From an uncultured bacterium (GTDB lineage Bacteria > Actinomycetota > Nitriliruptoria > Nitriliruptorales > Nitriliruptoraceae), in assembly GCA_963796225.1 (NCBI GenBank), contig CAWCLK010000057.1, positions 11,173 through 75,172 of the forward strand: a stretch of 64,000 nucleotides of DNA, read 5' to 3'. Of this stretch, positions 1-9,502 are shown piece after piece. Under the pieces are notes generated by a model that was not told the origin of the DNA, searched no databases, and worked only from the letters and a program-made list of their open reading frames with translations. Made by a program: the position numbers and the translations under genes. Each line of letters opens with the position of its first letter. The first letter of the stretch is position 1.

Positions 1-321
1 GCCGAGGATCCGGCCGAGCACCGGCGGCAGCTTCGCGAGCAGCGCCACGGCCGCCAGCGCGGCCAGGATGGTGGTGGCGGCCAGCAGGCGCCCCGCCCAC
101 GGGGCGGCGTCGCCGGCGGCGCCCCCGGCGGTGACCAGGCTCGCCAGGGGACGCTGCAGGGCGGCCCAGGCCCCCCAGCCCATCAGCGCCAGCGTGGAGG
201 ACAGCAGGACCTCGTAGCCGTGCCGGACGTTGCCCCAGGTCGGGGCGAACCAGAGCAGCACCAGGCCGCCCACGCAGGTCTCGGCGAGGACCAGGGCCAG
301 CACGACGGCAGGGGCGTCCAC
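1..321 (-). CDS. membrane protein, C-terminal part cut by window edge (first 107 codons present)
   Basis: Minus-strand open frame from GTG 321..319 to position 1. Translation VDAPAVVLALVLAETCVGGLVLLWFAPTWGN... is hydrophobic, and codon position 3 is almost all G/C. It is absent from the ORF track because no stop lies inside the window. Confidence 0.5.
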   Translation of the reverse strand, partial: MDAPAVVLALVLAETCVGGLVLLWFAPTWGNVRHGYEVLLSSTLALMGWGAWAALQRPLASLVTAGGAAGDAAPWAGRLLAATTILAALAAVALLAKLPPVLGRILG

Positions 322-623
322 GGACGTTGTGCCTCTCGGTCAGGGCGGGGAGACGCCGCACGGCGGGGCGCACGGCGGCGACAGGGTGCCACCACGCACG
401 CGCCGGCGCGAACCGCGACCTCGGCGGGTCGCACCTCCGGCCGGGGCGGGGGTCCCGGGTGGATGGTGACCGTCGAGGGTCGAAGTCGCACCTGCGATGG
501 CGTACATTCGTTGGTCGGATGCCGACGACACCGTGCGTGACGTCTGGGGGACCACTCCCACGCCCCACGTGGCCGCGCCTGTCGACACCTCCCGCCACAC
601 CCGACAGCGAGGTCCATGCGACC

Positions 624-1046
624 ATGGGTTCCTGTGACCCGGGGCTCAAGGAGTCCCGTCACCTCAAGGTGACCAAGCAGCACTGCGCCGACATGATGGG
701 CAGCGGTGACGTGCCGGTTCTCGGCACGCCCGCCATCCTGACCCTCGCCGAGGGCGCGTGCATCGCCGCGATCTGCGAGGACCTGCCCGACGGGCAGACC
801 TCGGTCGGCCAGTGGGCCGAGATCGAGCACATCAAGCCGACCGCCGTCGGCCACGAGATCGACGCGGACGCGACGCTGGTGGGCCACCACGGCCGCCGCC
901 TCGAGTTCCAGGTGATCATCCGGTCCGACGAGGAGATCGTCGCCAAGGTTCGGCACCGGCGCGTGCTGGTCGACCGTCAGCGCTTCCTGGACAAGGTCAC
1001 CCGGACACCGCGGCGGTCTGAACGCGGTCAGGAGCCCGGGGGTTGA
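624..1046 (+). CDS. hotdog-fold thioesterase family protein
   Basis: ATG 624 lies inside ORF 327..1046. MGSCDPGLKESRHLKVTKQHCADMMGSGDVPVLGTPAILTLAEGACIAA... carries the GSG-x-V-L-x-TP...E signature of FlK/4HBT-like thioesterases. The upstream part of the ORF looks noncoding. Confidence 0.7.
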   Translation: MGSCDPGLKESRHLKVTKQHCADMMGSGDVPVLGTPAILTLAEGACIAAICEDLPDGQTSVGQWAEIEHIKPTAVGHEIDADATLVGHHGRRLEFQVIIRSDEEIVAKVRHRRVLVDRQRFLDKVTRTPRRSERGQEPGG

Positions 1047-1123
1047 CGGCCCTCGGCTTCCACGTATGGTTGGGCGGTCGTCGCCAAGGGGTGGCGCACG
1101 GGGGCGGACACCGGGGCGGTGCC

Positions 1124-1744
1124 ATGACCAGGTTGCTCACACTCGTTGCGGTCGCGGCGCTCGCGGTCGCCGTGCTCGGGAGCCCGGCTCCCGACGACGC
1201 ATCCACCGACGGCATCACCGTCCACGGGGCGTGGACCATCGACGTGGCCGAGGCCGACGGCACGCCGGTCGCGAGCCACGCCTTCCAGAACAGCCTGACG
1301 CCCGACGGCCAGATCGCGCTCTCGCAGCTGCTGACAGGCGGCATCGTCGACACCAACCGGTGGATCGTGAGTGTCGAGGGCGCCGGCCCGTTCGGGGAGG
1401 AGAGCCCCAGCCCATGCGGGGACGCCCAGACCCCCAAGGCCCCGTGTGCGCTCGCCCCACCCGCCACCGGGTGGACCGGCACGGTCTTCAACACGCTGGA
1501 GACGAGCGTCGACGGCACCGACATCGTGCTCGTGGGCACCCTGACGGCCAGCCAGGACGGCTTCATCGGGCGGGTGCACACCTTCCTCGAGACATGTCCC
1601 GTGTCCTCGTGCGACGGCATCACGGGCGAGTACCGCAACTTCACCGAACGCACCCTGCACGACCCCGACTCGGGAGAGCTCGCCCAGATCCCGGTCAGCG
1701 ACGGGCAGATGGCGACGGTCGAGGTGCGGATCAGCTTCAGCTAG
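1124..1744 (+). CDS. secreted hypothetical protein
   Basis: ATG 1124 lies inside ORF 1043..1744. It has a signal-like N-terminus (MTRLLTLVAVAALAVAVLGSPAP) followed by a Cys-containing, beta-rich-looking domain. The next gene starts 20 nt downstream. Confidence 0.6.
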   Translation: MTRLLTLVAVAALAVAVLGSPAPDDASTDGITVHGAWTIDVAEADGTPVASHAFQNSLTPDGQIALSQLLTGGIVDTNRWIVSVEGAGPFGEESPSPCGDAQTPKAPCALAPPATGWTGTVFNTLETSVDGTDIVLVGTLTASQDGFIGRVHTFLETCPVSSCDGITGEYRNFTERTLHDPDSGELAQIPVSDGQMATVEVRISFS

Positions 1745-1763
1745 GCGCCCCGTCGCCTCCTCG

Positions 1764-4727
1764 ATGAGCGCTCACCCCCGCCCCGGCCGCGCCGCCCGCT
1801 GGGCCCTGCCCGCGGTCGTGGTCGCGCTCGTTGCCGTCGGGCAGCCGGGTCTCGCCGTCAACGCTCCTGACGCGGTCGACGACGGCTACCAGGTCGCCCA
1901 GGACGCCAGCCTCGTCGTGGGCGCTCCGGGCGTCCTGGCCAACGACACCGCCGCGGGGGCGACGCTCGGGCTGGTCGAGGGCCCCACGGACGGGACCCTG
2001 GGGCTCTCGTCCGACGGTGGGTTCACCTACACGCCCGCTCTCGGGTTCGCCGGCACGGACACATTCACGTACGAGCTCACCGCGACGGGTGGCGTCAGCA
2101 CCCTCCTGGCTGACCTGTTCACCAACGGTGCGAGTCGCGGACCCTTCGACACGACCCCCATCGCGACGCTGGGCACGAGCATCCTGTTCGCCGCTCGGGA
2201 CAACGAGCACGGTCTCGAGCTCTTCCAGACCCTCGGGGCGCCCGGCGACGTGACGCTCGTCGCGGACATCCACCCCGGCACGGGCAGCGGTCTCGCCGGC
2301 GCGGACGAGCTGGTCGGCTTCGCCGACCGCGTGTGGTTTCGCGCCTCGACGGACGGCACGGACAACGGGGCGCGGCTGTGGTCGAGCGATGGCACCCCCG
2401 CGGGTACGTCCGCATGGCCAGACGTGCTGTCGCCGTCGCGGATCGTCGCCTCCGCGTCCGCCCTCTACGTGATCGCTCCGACGAGCTCGACCTCGCCCGA
2501 CACGCTGCAGTCCATCGACGCGCAGGGCACCCGTCGGATCCTCGACCTCGGGACGGCCCCGGGGCTGCCGGAGCCGGTCCGCGTCGCGCCCACCGGCCCG
2601 ATCGTGCCCTTCGGCGACGGGGTCGTGTTCGCCGGCGACAGCGCCAGCACGGGCGAGGAGCTGTGGGTGGCCGATGCCGCGGGCGTACGGCTGCTGGTCG
2701 ACGTGGCGCCCGGCACATTCCCGGGAACGACCTTCGCCATGTCGTCCGCGCCGTACCTCCTCGCCGCCGCGAACGGCTCGGTGTACGCCGCCTTCGGCTC
2801 CGTCGTCGGGGACGGCTACCACCGGTACGACGCGTCCGGCCAGACGCTCGAGCAGGTGCTGCCGACACGTCCGTGGGACGTCGCCCCGGGGCCGGGGGGC
2901 CTGCTGGCCTTCACCGGGGACGACCTGGTTCTGCTCGACGACACCGACGTCGCACGTCCTCTGGTGCCCTCGGGCGTGGTGCCGGCCGGCATGGGGGCCT
3001 GGCAGGCCTCGGCGGTGGCGTTCCCCGCGACGGACTCCGAGCACGGCACGGAGCTGTGGCGCAGCGATGACCAGGCCGGCGACGCCGTCCTCGTGGCCGA
3101 CATCGCTCCCGGCACCGCCTCGTCATCGCCCGCCGACCTCGTGTCGGTCGGATCCCGCTTCTACTTCACGGCCTCTGACGGCACCGGGACCCACCCGTGG
3201 GCGACGGACGGGAGCCCGGGTGGGACGTTCCGCCTAGCGCCCATCGACCCCTACGGACCGAACGAGATCGCCGTCTTTGGCGGCACGGAGAACTCGATCG
3301 TCTACTGGGCCGACGGCAGCGCCGCCGGGTACGAGCCCTGGGTCCACCAGTGGGAGCAGGCTCGGGACCAGGCCACCGTCACGATCACGGTGACGGACCC
3401 ACTTGGCTCCCTGACGATGCCCGTTGCCGAGACCGTGGCCGTGACGGACGTCGTCCGCGTCCTGCGTGAGCTCGGCGTCACAGTCCCGGAGGCCGTCACC
3501 GTCTCGGACGTCGTGGCGGTCCTGGTGGCCGAGGGGCTGACGGTCGACGAGGCCGTCGGGGTCGTCGACGCCATCACGGTGCTGGTCCAGCTCGGCGTTC
3601 CCGTCGACGACGTCGTGCGGGTCCACGACGCGGTGCGGGTCCTGCTCGAGCTGGGCGTCCCCGTCGACGAGGTCGTCACGGCGCGGGACGCGGTGCAGGT
3701 GCTTTTGCAACTGGGCGTCCCGGTGGCAGACGTGGTCGATGTTCGCGACGCGGTCGATGTCGCCCTCGCCCTCGGGGTGCCCCTCAGCGAGGCGGTGGCG
3801 GTGGCGGACGCGGTACGCGTGCTGCTCGAGCTCGGCATCGACGCTTCGGAGATCGTGACCGTGACCGACGCGGTGCGCGTCTTGGCCGAGCTCGACCTCA
3901 CGGCAGACGAGACCGTCGCGGTCGCGGACCCGGTTGCCGTAGAGCTCGGGGCGAGCTTCGTCGACGATGACGGCGATGGCATCGACGACCGGATCGACCT
4001 GGACCCGGCGCCGAGCAACGGGTTCGCCTCCGGCCCGACGACCGGCCGGATCCTTGAGCGCGACGGCCTTGAGCTTCGCGTGACACCCACCGACCCAGGC
4101 GTCCGCGTACGGGCGGACGGCGACGCAGGAACGGCGACACTCGAGGCGTGCGAGGACCCCACAGGTCTGCTCGAGCTGACGACGGGGGACGACGTCGTCG
4201 TCGTCTGTGGGTCCTATGGCCTCACCGTTCTCGCCGGCCCCGTCACCCTCGTGCTTCCCAACGGGACCGAGGTGGTCGCGCCAACCGGGGCGGTCGTCGA
4301 GGTGACGCCGGACGGCTCGACCGGGTGGGTGGTCGAGAACCGCCCGAACAGCGAGGCCGGCATCTCGATCACCATCGACGGGTCCACCACGATCCTCGAG
4401 CCGGGGGACAGCATCACCGCCAACCGCGCGCCCTCGGCGGCCGACGACCACCTCTTCATGGACAAGAACGCCTGGCTCCTGCTCCCCGCCCCGGGGGTGC
4501 TGGACAACGACGTCGACCCAGAGGGCGACGGGCTCCGAGCGCGGCTCACCGCGCAGCCCGACGACGGTGTGGCGGCCCTCGGTGGGGCGGGGTGGCTGTT
4601 CTACGCACCACCACGAGGGTTCACCGGCACTGTCGAGATCGGCTACGAGGCCTGTGATCCCGGTGGAACGTGTGACGATGCGACCGTGATCGTGCACGTC
4701 CGACGCCGTGGCGGTCGCGGTCGATGA
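1764..4727 (+). CDS. large secreted repeat protein (cadherin/Ig-like end domains, ELWxxDG-type repeats, 20-aa tandem repeats, Asp-rich Ca-binding-like segment)
   Basis: 987-aa ORF with a signal peptide. N- and C-terminal segments of the type AxDDxYxV..LxVxAPGVLxNDxD resemble bacterial cadherin-like domains. GTELWRSDD / ARLWSSDGTPAGT / GEELWVAD motifs are present. Nine 20-aa repeats sit at 3423..3950, and FVDDDGDGIDDRIDLD follows. Confidence 0.85.
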   Translation: MSAHPRPGRAARWALPAVVVALVAVGQPGLAVNAPDAVDDGYQVAQDASLVVGAPGVLANDTAAGATLGLVEGPTDGTLGLSSDGGFTYTPALGFAGTDTFTYELTATGGVSTLLADLFTNGASRGPFDTTPIATLGTSILFAARDNEHGLELFQTLGAPGDVTLVADIHPGTGSGLAGADELVGFADRVWFRASTDGTDNGARLWSSDGTPAGTSAWPDVLSPSRIVASASALYVIAPTSSTSPDTLQSIDAQGTRRILDLGTAPGLPEPVRVAPTGPIVPFGDGVVFAGDSASTGEELWVADAAGVRLLVDVAPGTFPGTTFAMSSAPYLLAAANGSVYAAFGSVVGDGYHRYDASGQTLEQVLPTRPWDVAPGPGGLLAFTGDDLVLLDDTDVARPLVPSGVVPAGMGAWQASAVAFPATDSEHGTELWRSDDQAGDAVLVADIAPGTASSSPADLVSVGSRFYFTASDGTGTHPWATDGSPGGTFRLAPIDPYGPNEIAVFGGTENSIVYWADGSAAGYEPWVHQWEQARDQATVTITVTDPLGSLTMPVAETVAVTDVVRVLRELGVTVPEAVTVSDVVAVLVAEGLTVDEAVGVVDAITVLVQLGVPVDDVVRVHDAVRVLLELGVPVDEVVTARDAVQVLLQLGVPVADVVDVRDAVDVALALGVPLSEAVAVADAVRVLLELGIDASEIVTVTDAVRVLAELDLTADETVAVADPVAVELGASFVDDDGDGIDDRIDLDPAPSNGFASGPTTGRILERDGLELRVTPTDPGVRVRADGDAGTATLEACEDPTGLLELTTGDDVVVVCGSYGLTVLAGPVTLVLPNGTEVVAPTGAVVEVTPDGSTGWVVENRPNSEAGISITIDGSTTILEPGDSITANRAPSAADDHLFMDKNAWLLLPAPGVLDNDVDPEGDGLRARLTAQPDDGVAALGGAGWLFYAPPRGFTGTVEIGYEACDPGGTCDDATVIVHVRRRGGRGR
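3423..3950 (+). repeat. in-frame tandem repeat, about 8.8 copies of 60 bp (20 aa) inside the large secreted protein
   Basis: Units start at 3423, 3483, 3543, 3603, 3663, 3723, 3783, 3843 and 3903. Peptide consensus is roughly V-(D/P)-E-x-V-x-V-x-D-A-V-R-V-L-L-E-L-G-V-P. Confidence 0.9.
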
Positions 4728-4957
4728 GTCGTCGCGGTCCGCTCGCCGCCCTCCTCGCCATCTCGATGGCCGCCTGCGCCGCGCCCGCACCGACCTTCCG
4801 CACGACCCCCGCCGACAGGTCATCGACCCCGATGCCCGTCGTCGAGGCCGAGGTCCGCGACGAGCCCTCGGCGGTCGAGACCGACCACGAACGCGACGAG
4901 GCGGTCGCGGTGACCGATCGTGTCCGCGTCAGTGTCCACGACGCGCCGAATCCCTAG
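4724..4957 (+). CDS. small putative lipoprotein
   Basis: ATG 4724 overlaps the upstream stop (ATGA). It has a lipobox-like LAISMAAC and high GC3. The C-terminal DEAVAVTDRVRVSVHD resembles one unit of the upstream 20-aa repeat. Confidence 0.5.
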   Translation: MSRRGPLAALLAISMAACAAPAPTFRTTPADRSSTPMPVVEAEVRDEPSAVETDHERDEAVAVTDRVRVSVHDAPNP

Positions 4958-4982
4958 CGTCTCGCCAACGTCCCCGAGGCCA

Positions 4983-6582
4983 TCAGGCCGCCCCTCGCCA
5001 GTCGAGGATCGCCCGGGCGACGTCCTCGGGCAGGACCTCGACGGCGGCGTCACGGTCGCCGGCCGCGCGGACGCGGACGAGCGCGTGCACGGCGGCCTGC
5101 TGGCACAGCGCCGCGAGGTCGGCGCCCGACATCCCCTCGGTGGTGGCGGCGACCCGCTCGAGGTCGACCCCCACCGTGGGCATGCGTGCGGTCAGGCGCC
5201 GGAGCAGCTGCAGCCGCAGGGCCTGGCCGGGCAGCGGCAGGGTGATGGTGCGGGACAGTCGCCCGCCCCGCACCAGGGCCGGGTCGAGCACGTCGGGGCG
5301 GTTGGTGGCGGCCAGCACCATCACCCCGGTGGACGAGCCGAGGCCGTCCATCTCGGCGAGCAGCTGGGTGAGCTGTCGGTCCCCCGCCCCGCCGGCGTCG
5401 TGGCCACGCACGCGGCCGAGCGCGTCCACCTCGTCGATGAAGACGATGCTGGGTCGGTTGGACCGGGCGCGGGCGAACAGCCGCTGGATGGAGCGTTCGG
5501 ATTCGCCGTGCCAGCGGCTGGACACGTCCGCGGCGCTGACGGGGTAGAACGAGCAGCGCGACTGGGCCGCCAGCACCCGGGCGACGGTGGTCTTGCCGGT
5601 CCCGGGCGGTCCCGCCAGCAACACGCCCGCGGGCGGGTCGATGCCGAGCTGCTCGGCCAGGTCGGGCTCGGCGAGCAGGGCCTCGAGCTGCTGCAGCTCG
5701 CCGAGCACGTCGGCCGGCAGCACGAGGTCGTCCCACGACCAGCGTTCGACCGTCGGACGGTCCTGTCCCCCGCGGGCGGCCAGGGCGTCGTCGAGGTGCG
5801 CGGGGCCGATGTGCACGGCCTCGCCGGTGGCGGCCGCGTCGCGGAAGGCACGCATGGCGGCGTCCTCGACCAACAGGGCCAGCGCGGCCGCGCTCCACCC
5901 GTCCGTGCGTGCGGCGAGGTCGTCGAGGTCAATGGCGGCGTCGTGGCTGGGACGGCGTGGCGAGGTGCACGGTGAGGATGGCGACCCGGGCGGCGTGGTC
6001 GGGCAGGTCAACGCGCACGTGCCGGTCGAACCGCCCGGGCCGTACCACCGCCGGGTCGAGGTGGTCCAGGTCGTTGGTGGCGGCGACCACGAGCACGTCG
6101 GGCTGGTCCTGGACGGACTCGAGCGCCACCAGCAGCTGGTTCACCGTGCGGCGTTCCTCGGGGTGTCCGGCGGCGTCCCGGCGCTGGGCGATGGAGTCGA
6201 ACTCGTCCAGGAACAGCAGGCACGGGCGGGCGCGGCGGGCGGCGTCGAAGGCCGCCGTGACGTTGCGCGCCCCGGCGCCGGCGACCCCCTCGACCAGGTC
6301 GCCGGTGGACAGGTGCAGCAGCGACATGCGGAACTCGCCGGCGATGGCCCGGGCGAGGTGGGACTTGCCGGTTCCCGGCGGGCCGTGCAACAGCAGGCCG
6401 TTGAAGGCGATCTGGTAGTCCCGGGCGCGGGCGCGGTTGGCCAGCACGAGCCCGACCGTGTCCCGCAGCGTGGTCTTGAGCGCCTCCATGCCGCCGACGT
6501 CGGCGAAGGTCGGCAGCTCGTGCGGGGGGACGATGCGCAGCCCGCGCGCGCCCTGCGGCTGGGGTCGGGCGACGTAGTCCAC
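4983..6582 (-). pseudogene. tandem (D1+D2) AAA+ ATPase, reading frame broken once near 5949-5951
   Basis: ORF 5929..6582 holds D1 (GPPGTGKSHLA, LFLDEFD). ORF 4983..6011 holds the D1 lid and D2 (GPPGTGKTTVA, VFIDEVD, ATNRPDVLDPAL). Removing one base from the G/C run restores ...ILTVHLATPSSHDAAIDLDDLAARTDGW... Confidence 0.8.
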
Positions 6583-6595
6583 GGGGTGCCCGTCG

Positions 6596-8110
6596 TCAGC
6601 TGGCGCGGAGCCAGTCGATGATGGTGCGGGCGGGGACGCCGGTGCCGTTGCGGGGGACGTGGAAGTACGGCTGGCCGTCGTTCCACGCCGCCCCGGCGAT
6701 GTCGAGGTGGGCCCAGGCCACGCCCTCGGGCACGAACTCGCGCAGGAACAGCGCCGCGCGGATCGTCCCGGCCCCGGTGCCGCCGACGTTGCGCACGTCG
6801 GCGACCTCGGACTTGAGGTCCTCGGCGTACTCGTCGGCGGCCAGCGGCAGGCGCCACATGGGTTCGCCGGACACCGCGGACGCGGCCAGGAGGGACTCGG
6901 CGGTGTCGTCGTCGTTGGACATCACGGCGACGTACTTGGGGCCGACCGCGTGGATCACCGCGCCGGTCAGCGTGGCCATGTCGAGCACCACGTCCGGCTT
7001 CGGGTCGAGCTCGCCGGCGTGCACCAGCCCGTCGGCCATGACCAGGCGGCCCTCGGCGTCGGTGTTGAGCACCTCGACGGTCTTGCCGCCCTTGATGCGC
7101 AGGACGTCACCGGGGCGGGTGGCGGACCCGGACGGCATGTTCTCGGCCAGGCACAGCAGCCCGGTGACGGCGACCGGCAGCTCGAGCTGGGCAGCGGCAC
7201 GGACGGCGGCCAGCACCGTGGCGGCCCCGCCCATGTCGACCTTCATCCACTCCATGGCCTTCGGCGGCTTGAGCGACAGGCCGCCGGAGTCGAAGGTGAT
7301 GCCCTTGCCCACCATGGCGACGTGGCGGGAGGCGCCGTCGGGGCGGTAGCGCAGCTCGACGAAGCGGGCCTCCACGTCGGAGCCGGCGTTGACGCCGAGG
7401 TGGCCGCCGTAGCCGCCCTCCTCGAGGGCGGCCTGGTCGAGGACGGTCACCTCGATGGGCAGGTCGGCCACCAGCTCGCGGGCACGGTCGGCGAACGCCG
7501 GGGGTCGCTTGTCCCCCGACGGCGTGTTGACCAGGTCGCGGGCCAGGACGGTGGCGCCGGCCGAGATCTGACCCAGGTGGATGCCGGCCTCGACGGCGTC
7601 GCCGTCGCCCCCGACCAGCTGCACGTCGGCGAGCTGGTGCGGTTCGTCCTTGGACTTGTAGGAGCCGAAGCGGTAGGCGCCGAGGGTGATGCCCTCGACC
7701 ACGGCGCGGGTGGCCGCTTCGGCCTCGATGTCCCCCCACTGGTGCAGGGTCGTGGCCACCGAGGCGGTGCGGGCCGTCGCCTCGGCGATCGGGGCGCCGG
7801 CGCGGCGCAGGGTCTCGGTGGTGACGTCGCCGGCGGCGCCGAGCCCGACGACGAGCACCAGGCGGGCCGGCACGGCGCCGCGGGTCGGCAGGCGCATCGA
7901 CGTGCCCATCGCACCGTCGAAGCCGGCGGCGCGGCAGGCGTCGGCGACGTCGTAGCCCAACCGGTCGTCCAGCGCGGTGCCCGTGGCGTCGAGCTCGGGC
8001 GCGAGGATCTCGTCGCTGTCGTCGGCAGCGGCGGGGCGCGTCGCCCCGACCACCAGCAGGTCCACCTCGGCGTCGGCCAGGTCGCCGGTCGTCGCTGCGA
8101 ACGTCACCAC
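6596..8110 (-). CDS. pepA: leucyl aminopeptidase (M17)
   Basis: NTDAEGRLVMAD and VGKGITFDSGG motifs are present. The start is taken at GTG 8110 (VVTFAATTGDL...) with GAAGGGA upstream; the ORF-track start at 8239 adds an unlikely leader. Confidence 0.9.
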   Translation of the reverse strand: MVTFAATTGDLADAEVDLLVVGATRPAAADDSDEILAPELDATGTALDDRLGYDVADACRAAGFDGAMGTSMRLPTRGAVPARLVLVVGLGAAGDVTTETLRRAGAPIAEATARTASVATTLHQWGDIEAEAATRAVVEGITLGAYRFGSYKSKDEPHQLADVQLVGGDGDAVEAGIHLGQISAGATVLARDLVNTPSGDKRPPAFADRARELVADLPIEVTVLDQAALEEGGYGGHLGVNAGSDVEARFVELRYRPDGASRHVAMVGKGITFDSGGLSLKPPKAMEWMKVDMGGAATVLAAVRAAAQLELPVAVTGLLCLAENMPSGSATRPGDVLRIKGGKTVEVLNTDAEGRLVMADGLVHAGELDPKPDVVLDMATLTGAVIHAVGPKYVAVMSNDDDTAESLLAASAVSGEPMWRLPLAADEYAEDLKSEVADVRNVGGTGAGTIRAALFLREFVPEGVAWAHLDIAGAAWNDGQPYFHVPRNGTGVPARTIIDWLRAS

Positions 8111-8195
8111 GTCGGTCCCTTCGGTCGGACGCGCGAGCCTACCGAGCGGGTCGCACGGCCGGACCGGGCGCCCGGGTCTCGTACCCTTGCCCGCC

Positions 8196-8687
8196 ATGAG
8201 CGACCCGACCCCGCCCGAGCCCGCCGACGCCCCCGACACGACGCCCGCCGCGCGCGTGCGTCCGGTGGACCTGCGCGACTACGTCGACTTCACCTCCGAC
8301 GCGGCCCGCCGCACGCGCGTGTTCTCGACGGGGCGGCTGGCCCACGACCTGTGGTGCATCGAGCCGCAGCAGGCCACCCCGGTGCTGCAGTACCCCGACG
8401 CGGACGTGACCTACACCGTCATCGGGGGACGGTCGTGGTTCGTCACGGACCAGGGCGAGGTCGGCCTCGACCCCATGGGGGCGCTGCTGGTCCCCGCGGG
8501 CGTGGTCCACGGGATCGACAACCGGGGCGCCGACCCGCTCATCGTCGCCGCCGTCAGCGCCCCGCCGGACGCCACGGACGAGGACGACCCCGTCGCCGAG
8601 GGTGGCGCCGCGATCCGCGACGACGCCAAGTACGGGCGCACCCGCCGGCGCGTCGGCGAGGCCGTGGGGAAGCTGCTGGGGCGCTGA
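8196..8687 (+). CDS. cupin domain protein
   Basis: ATG 8196 lies inside ORF 7977..8687. The cupin core is YTVIGGRSWFVTDQGEVGLDPMGALLVPAGVVHGIDN. Confidence 0.7.
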   Translation: MSDPTPPEPADAPDTTPAARVRPVDLRDYVDFTSDAARRTRVFSTGRLAHDLWCIEPQQATPVLQYPDADVTYTVIGGRSWFVTDQGEVGLDPMGALLVPAGVVHGIDNRGADPLIVAAVSAPPDATDEDDPVAEGGAAIRDDAKYGRTRRRVGEAVGKLLGR

Positions 8688-9486
8688 GGGCGGCGCCGGC
8701 GACGCCCGGATCAACCCCGAGGCCGGCCGACAGCGACGGGACGATCGCCAGCAGCCCGACGCCGGCCACGAGCAGGGCGAGGGTGGCCATGGGCACGGCC
8801 ACGGCCCGGAGCTCGGTGACGAGGTCCCCGTCGACGCGGACGGCCGGGTACGGGGCGTCGGGACGCCGGTCGAGACCGCCGACGCGGCGCCGGTCCCGAG
8901 CCTCGGCGCGCGCGTACCACCGCTGGCGGAGGTTGGTGCGCCCCGCCGCGATGATCGGCGTCCCGTCCTCGAGCCGGTAGGTCGCCAGCCGGTGGAGCCC
9001 GCCGACCACCGTCGCCCACATGCGCCCCCCGTCCACCAGCGGCAACGCGGAGCGGTCCACCGCGTCGACGCGCACCGGGGGGTCGTTCGGGGCGTCGGCC
9101 CGCCAGACGGCCACGACGGCCGGCAGGGCGGCCAACGGGCCACTCGCCTGGACCGCCAGCCGCACGGGATGTGGTTCGCCCTGCACCTCACCGTCGCGTC
9201 GCCGCGCGCGCCACAGGCGCCAGACCCGCAGGGCGCGCGGGACGACCACGGCCACCTCGAGCACGACCCCGCCGACGGCCAGCAGGTCCCACTCGGCGCC
9301 GGCGAGCGGGCGGGTCGCCGCCCAGGCGGCGAGCACCGCCAGTCCGACCCCGCCCGGCAACGCGATCACGGCCGCCAGCAGGCGTCGTCGCGCGCCGGCC
9401 CACACCTCGTCGAGGGACACGGTCGGGGCAGGTGTCGTCGTCGCGGGCGCGTCGGGGCCCGACCATGCGCCCCGCGACGACCCCAT
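8554..9486 (-). CDS. hypothetical membrane protein
   Basis: 310-aa ORF with hydrophobic segments (LLAAVIALPGGVGLAVLAAW; ATLALLVAGVGLLAIV). Its Arg/Pro-rich tail overlaps the cupin 3' end by 134 nt, so the true stop is uncertain. Confidence 0.45.
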   Translation of the reverse strand: MGSSRGAWSGPDAPATTTPAPTVSLDEVWAGARRRLLAAVIALPGGVGLAVLAAWAATRPLAGAEWDLLAVGGVVLEVAVVVPRALRVWRLWRARRRDGEVQGEPHPVRLAVQASGPLAALPAVVAVWRADAPNDPPVRVDAVDRSALPLVDGGRMWATVVGGLHRLATYRLEDGTPIIAAGRTNLRQRWYARAEARDRRRVGGLDRRPDAPYPAVRVDGDLVTELRAVAVPMATLALLVAGVGLLAIVPSLSAGLGVDPGVAGAALSAPAASPRPRRRAGGCARTWRRRGSRRHPRRRGRPRPWRPAGR

Positions 9487-9502
9487 GACGACCTCCCCGC
9501 CG

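Noticed and set aside
321-624. The 300-bp gap before the thioesterase gene as a riboswitch or tRNA.
   Set aside because: I could not fit any known riboswitch core or cloverleaf. It contains only generic GC-rich sequence with a possible TACATT -10-like hexamer.
3423-3950. The 60-bp tandem repeat as a noncoding VNTR.
   Set aside because: The period is a multiple of three, the frame is continuous with the flanking protein domains, and codon position 3 stays G/C-rich. It is a protein repeat.
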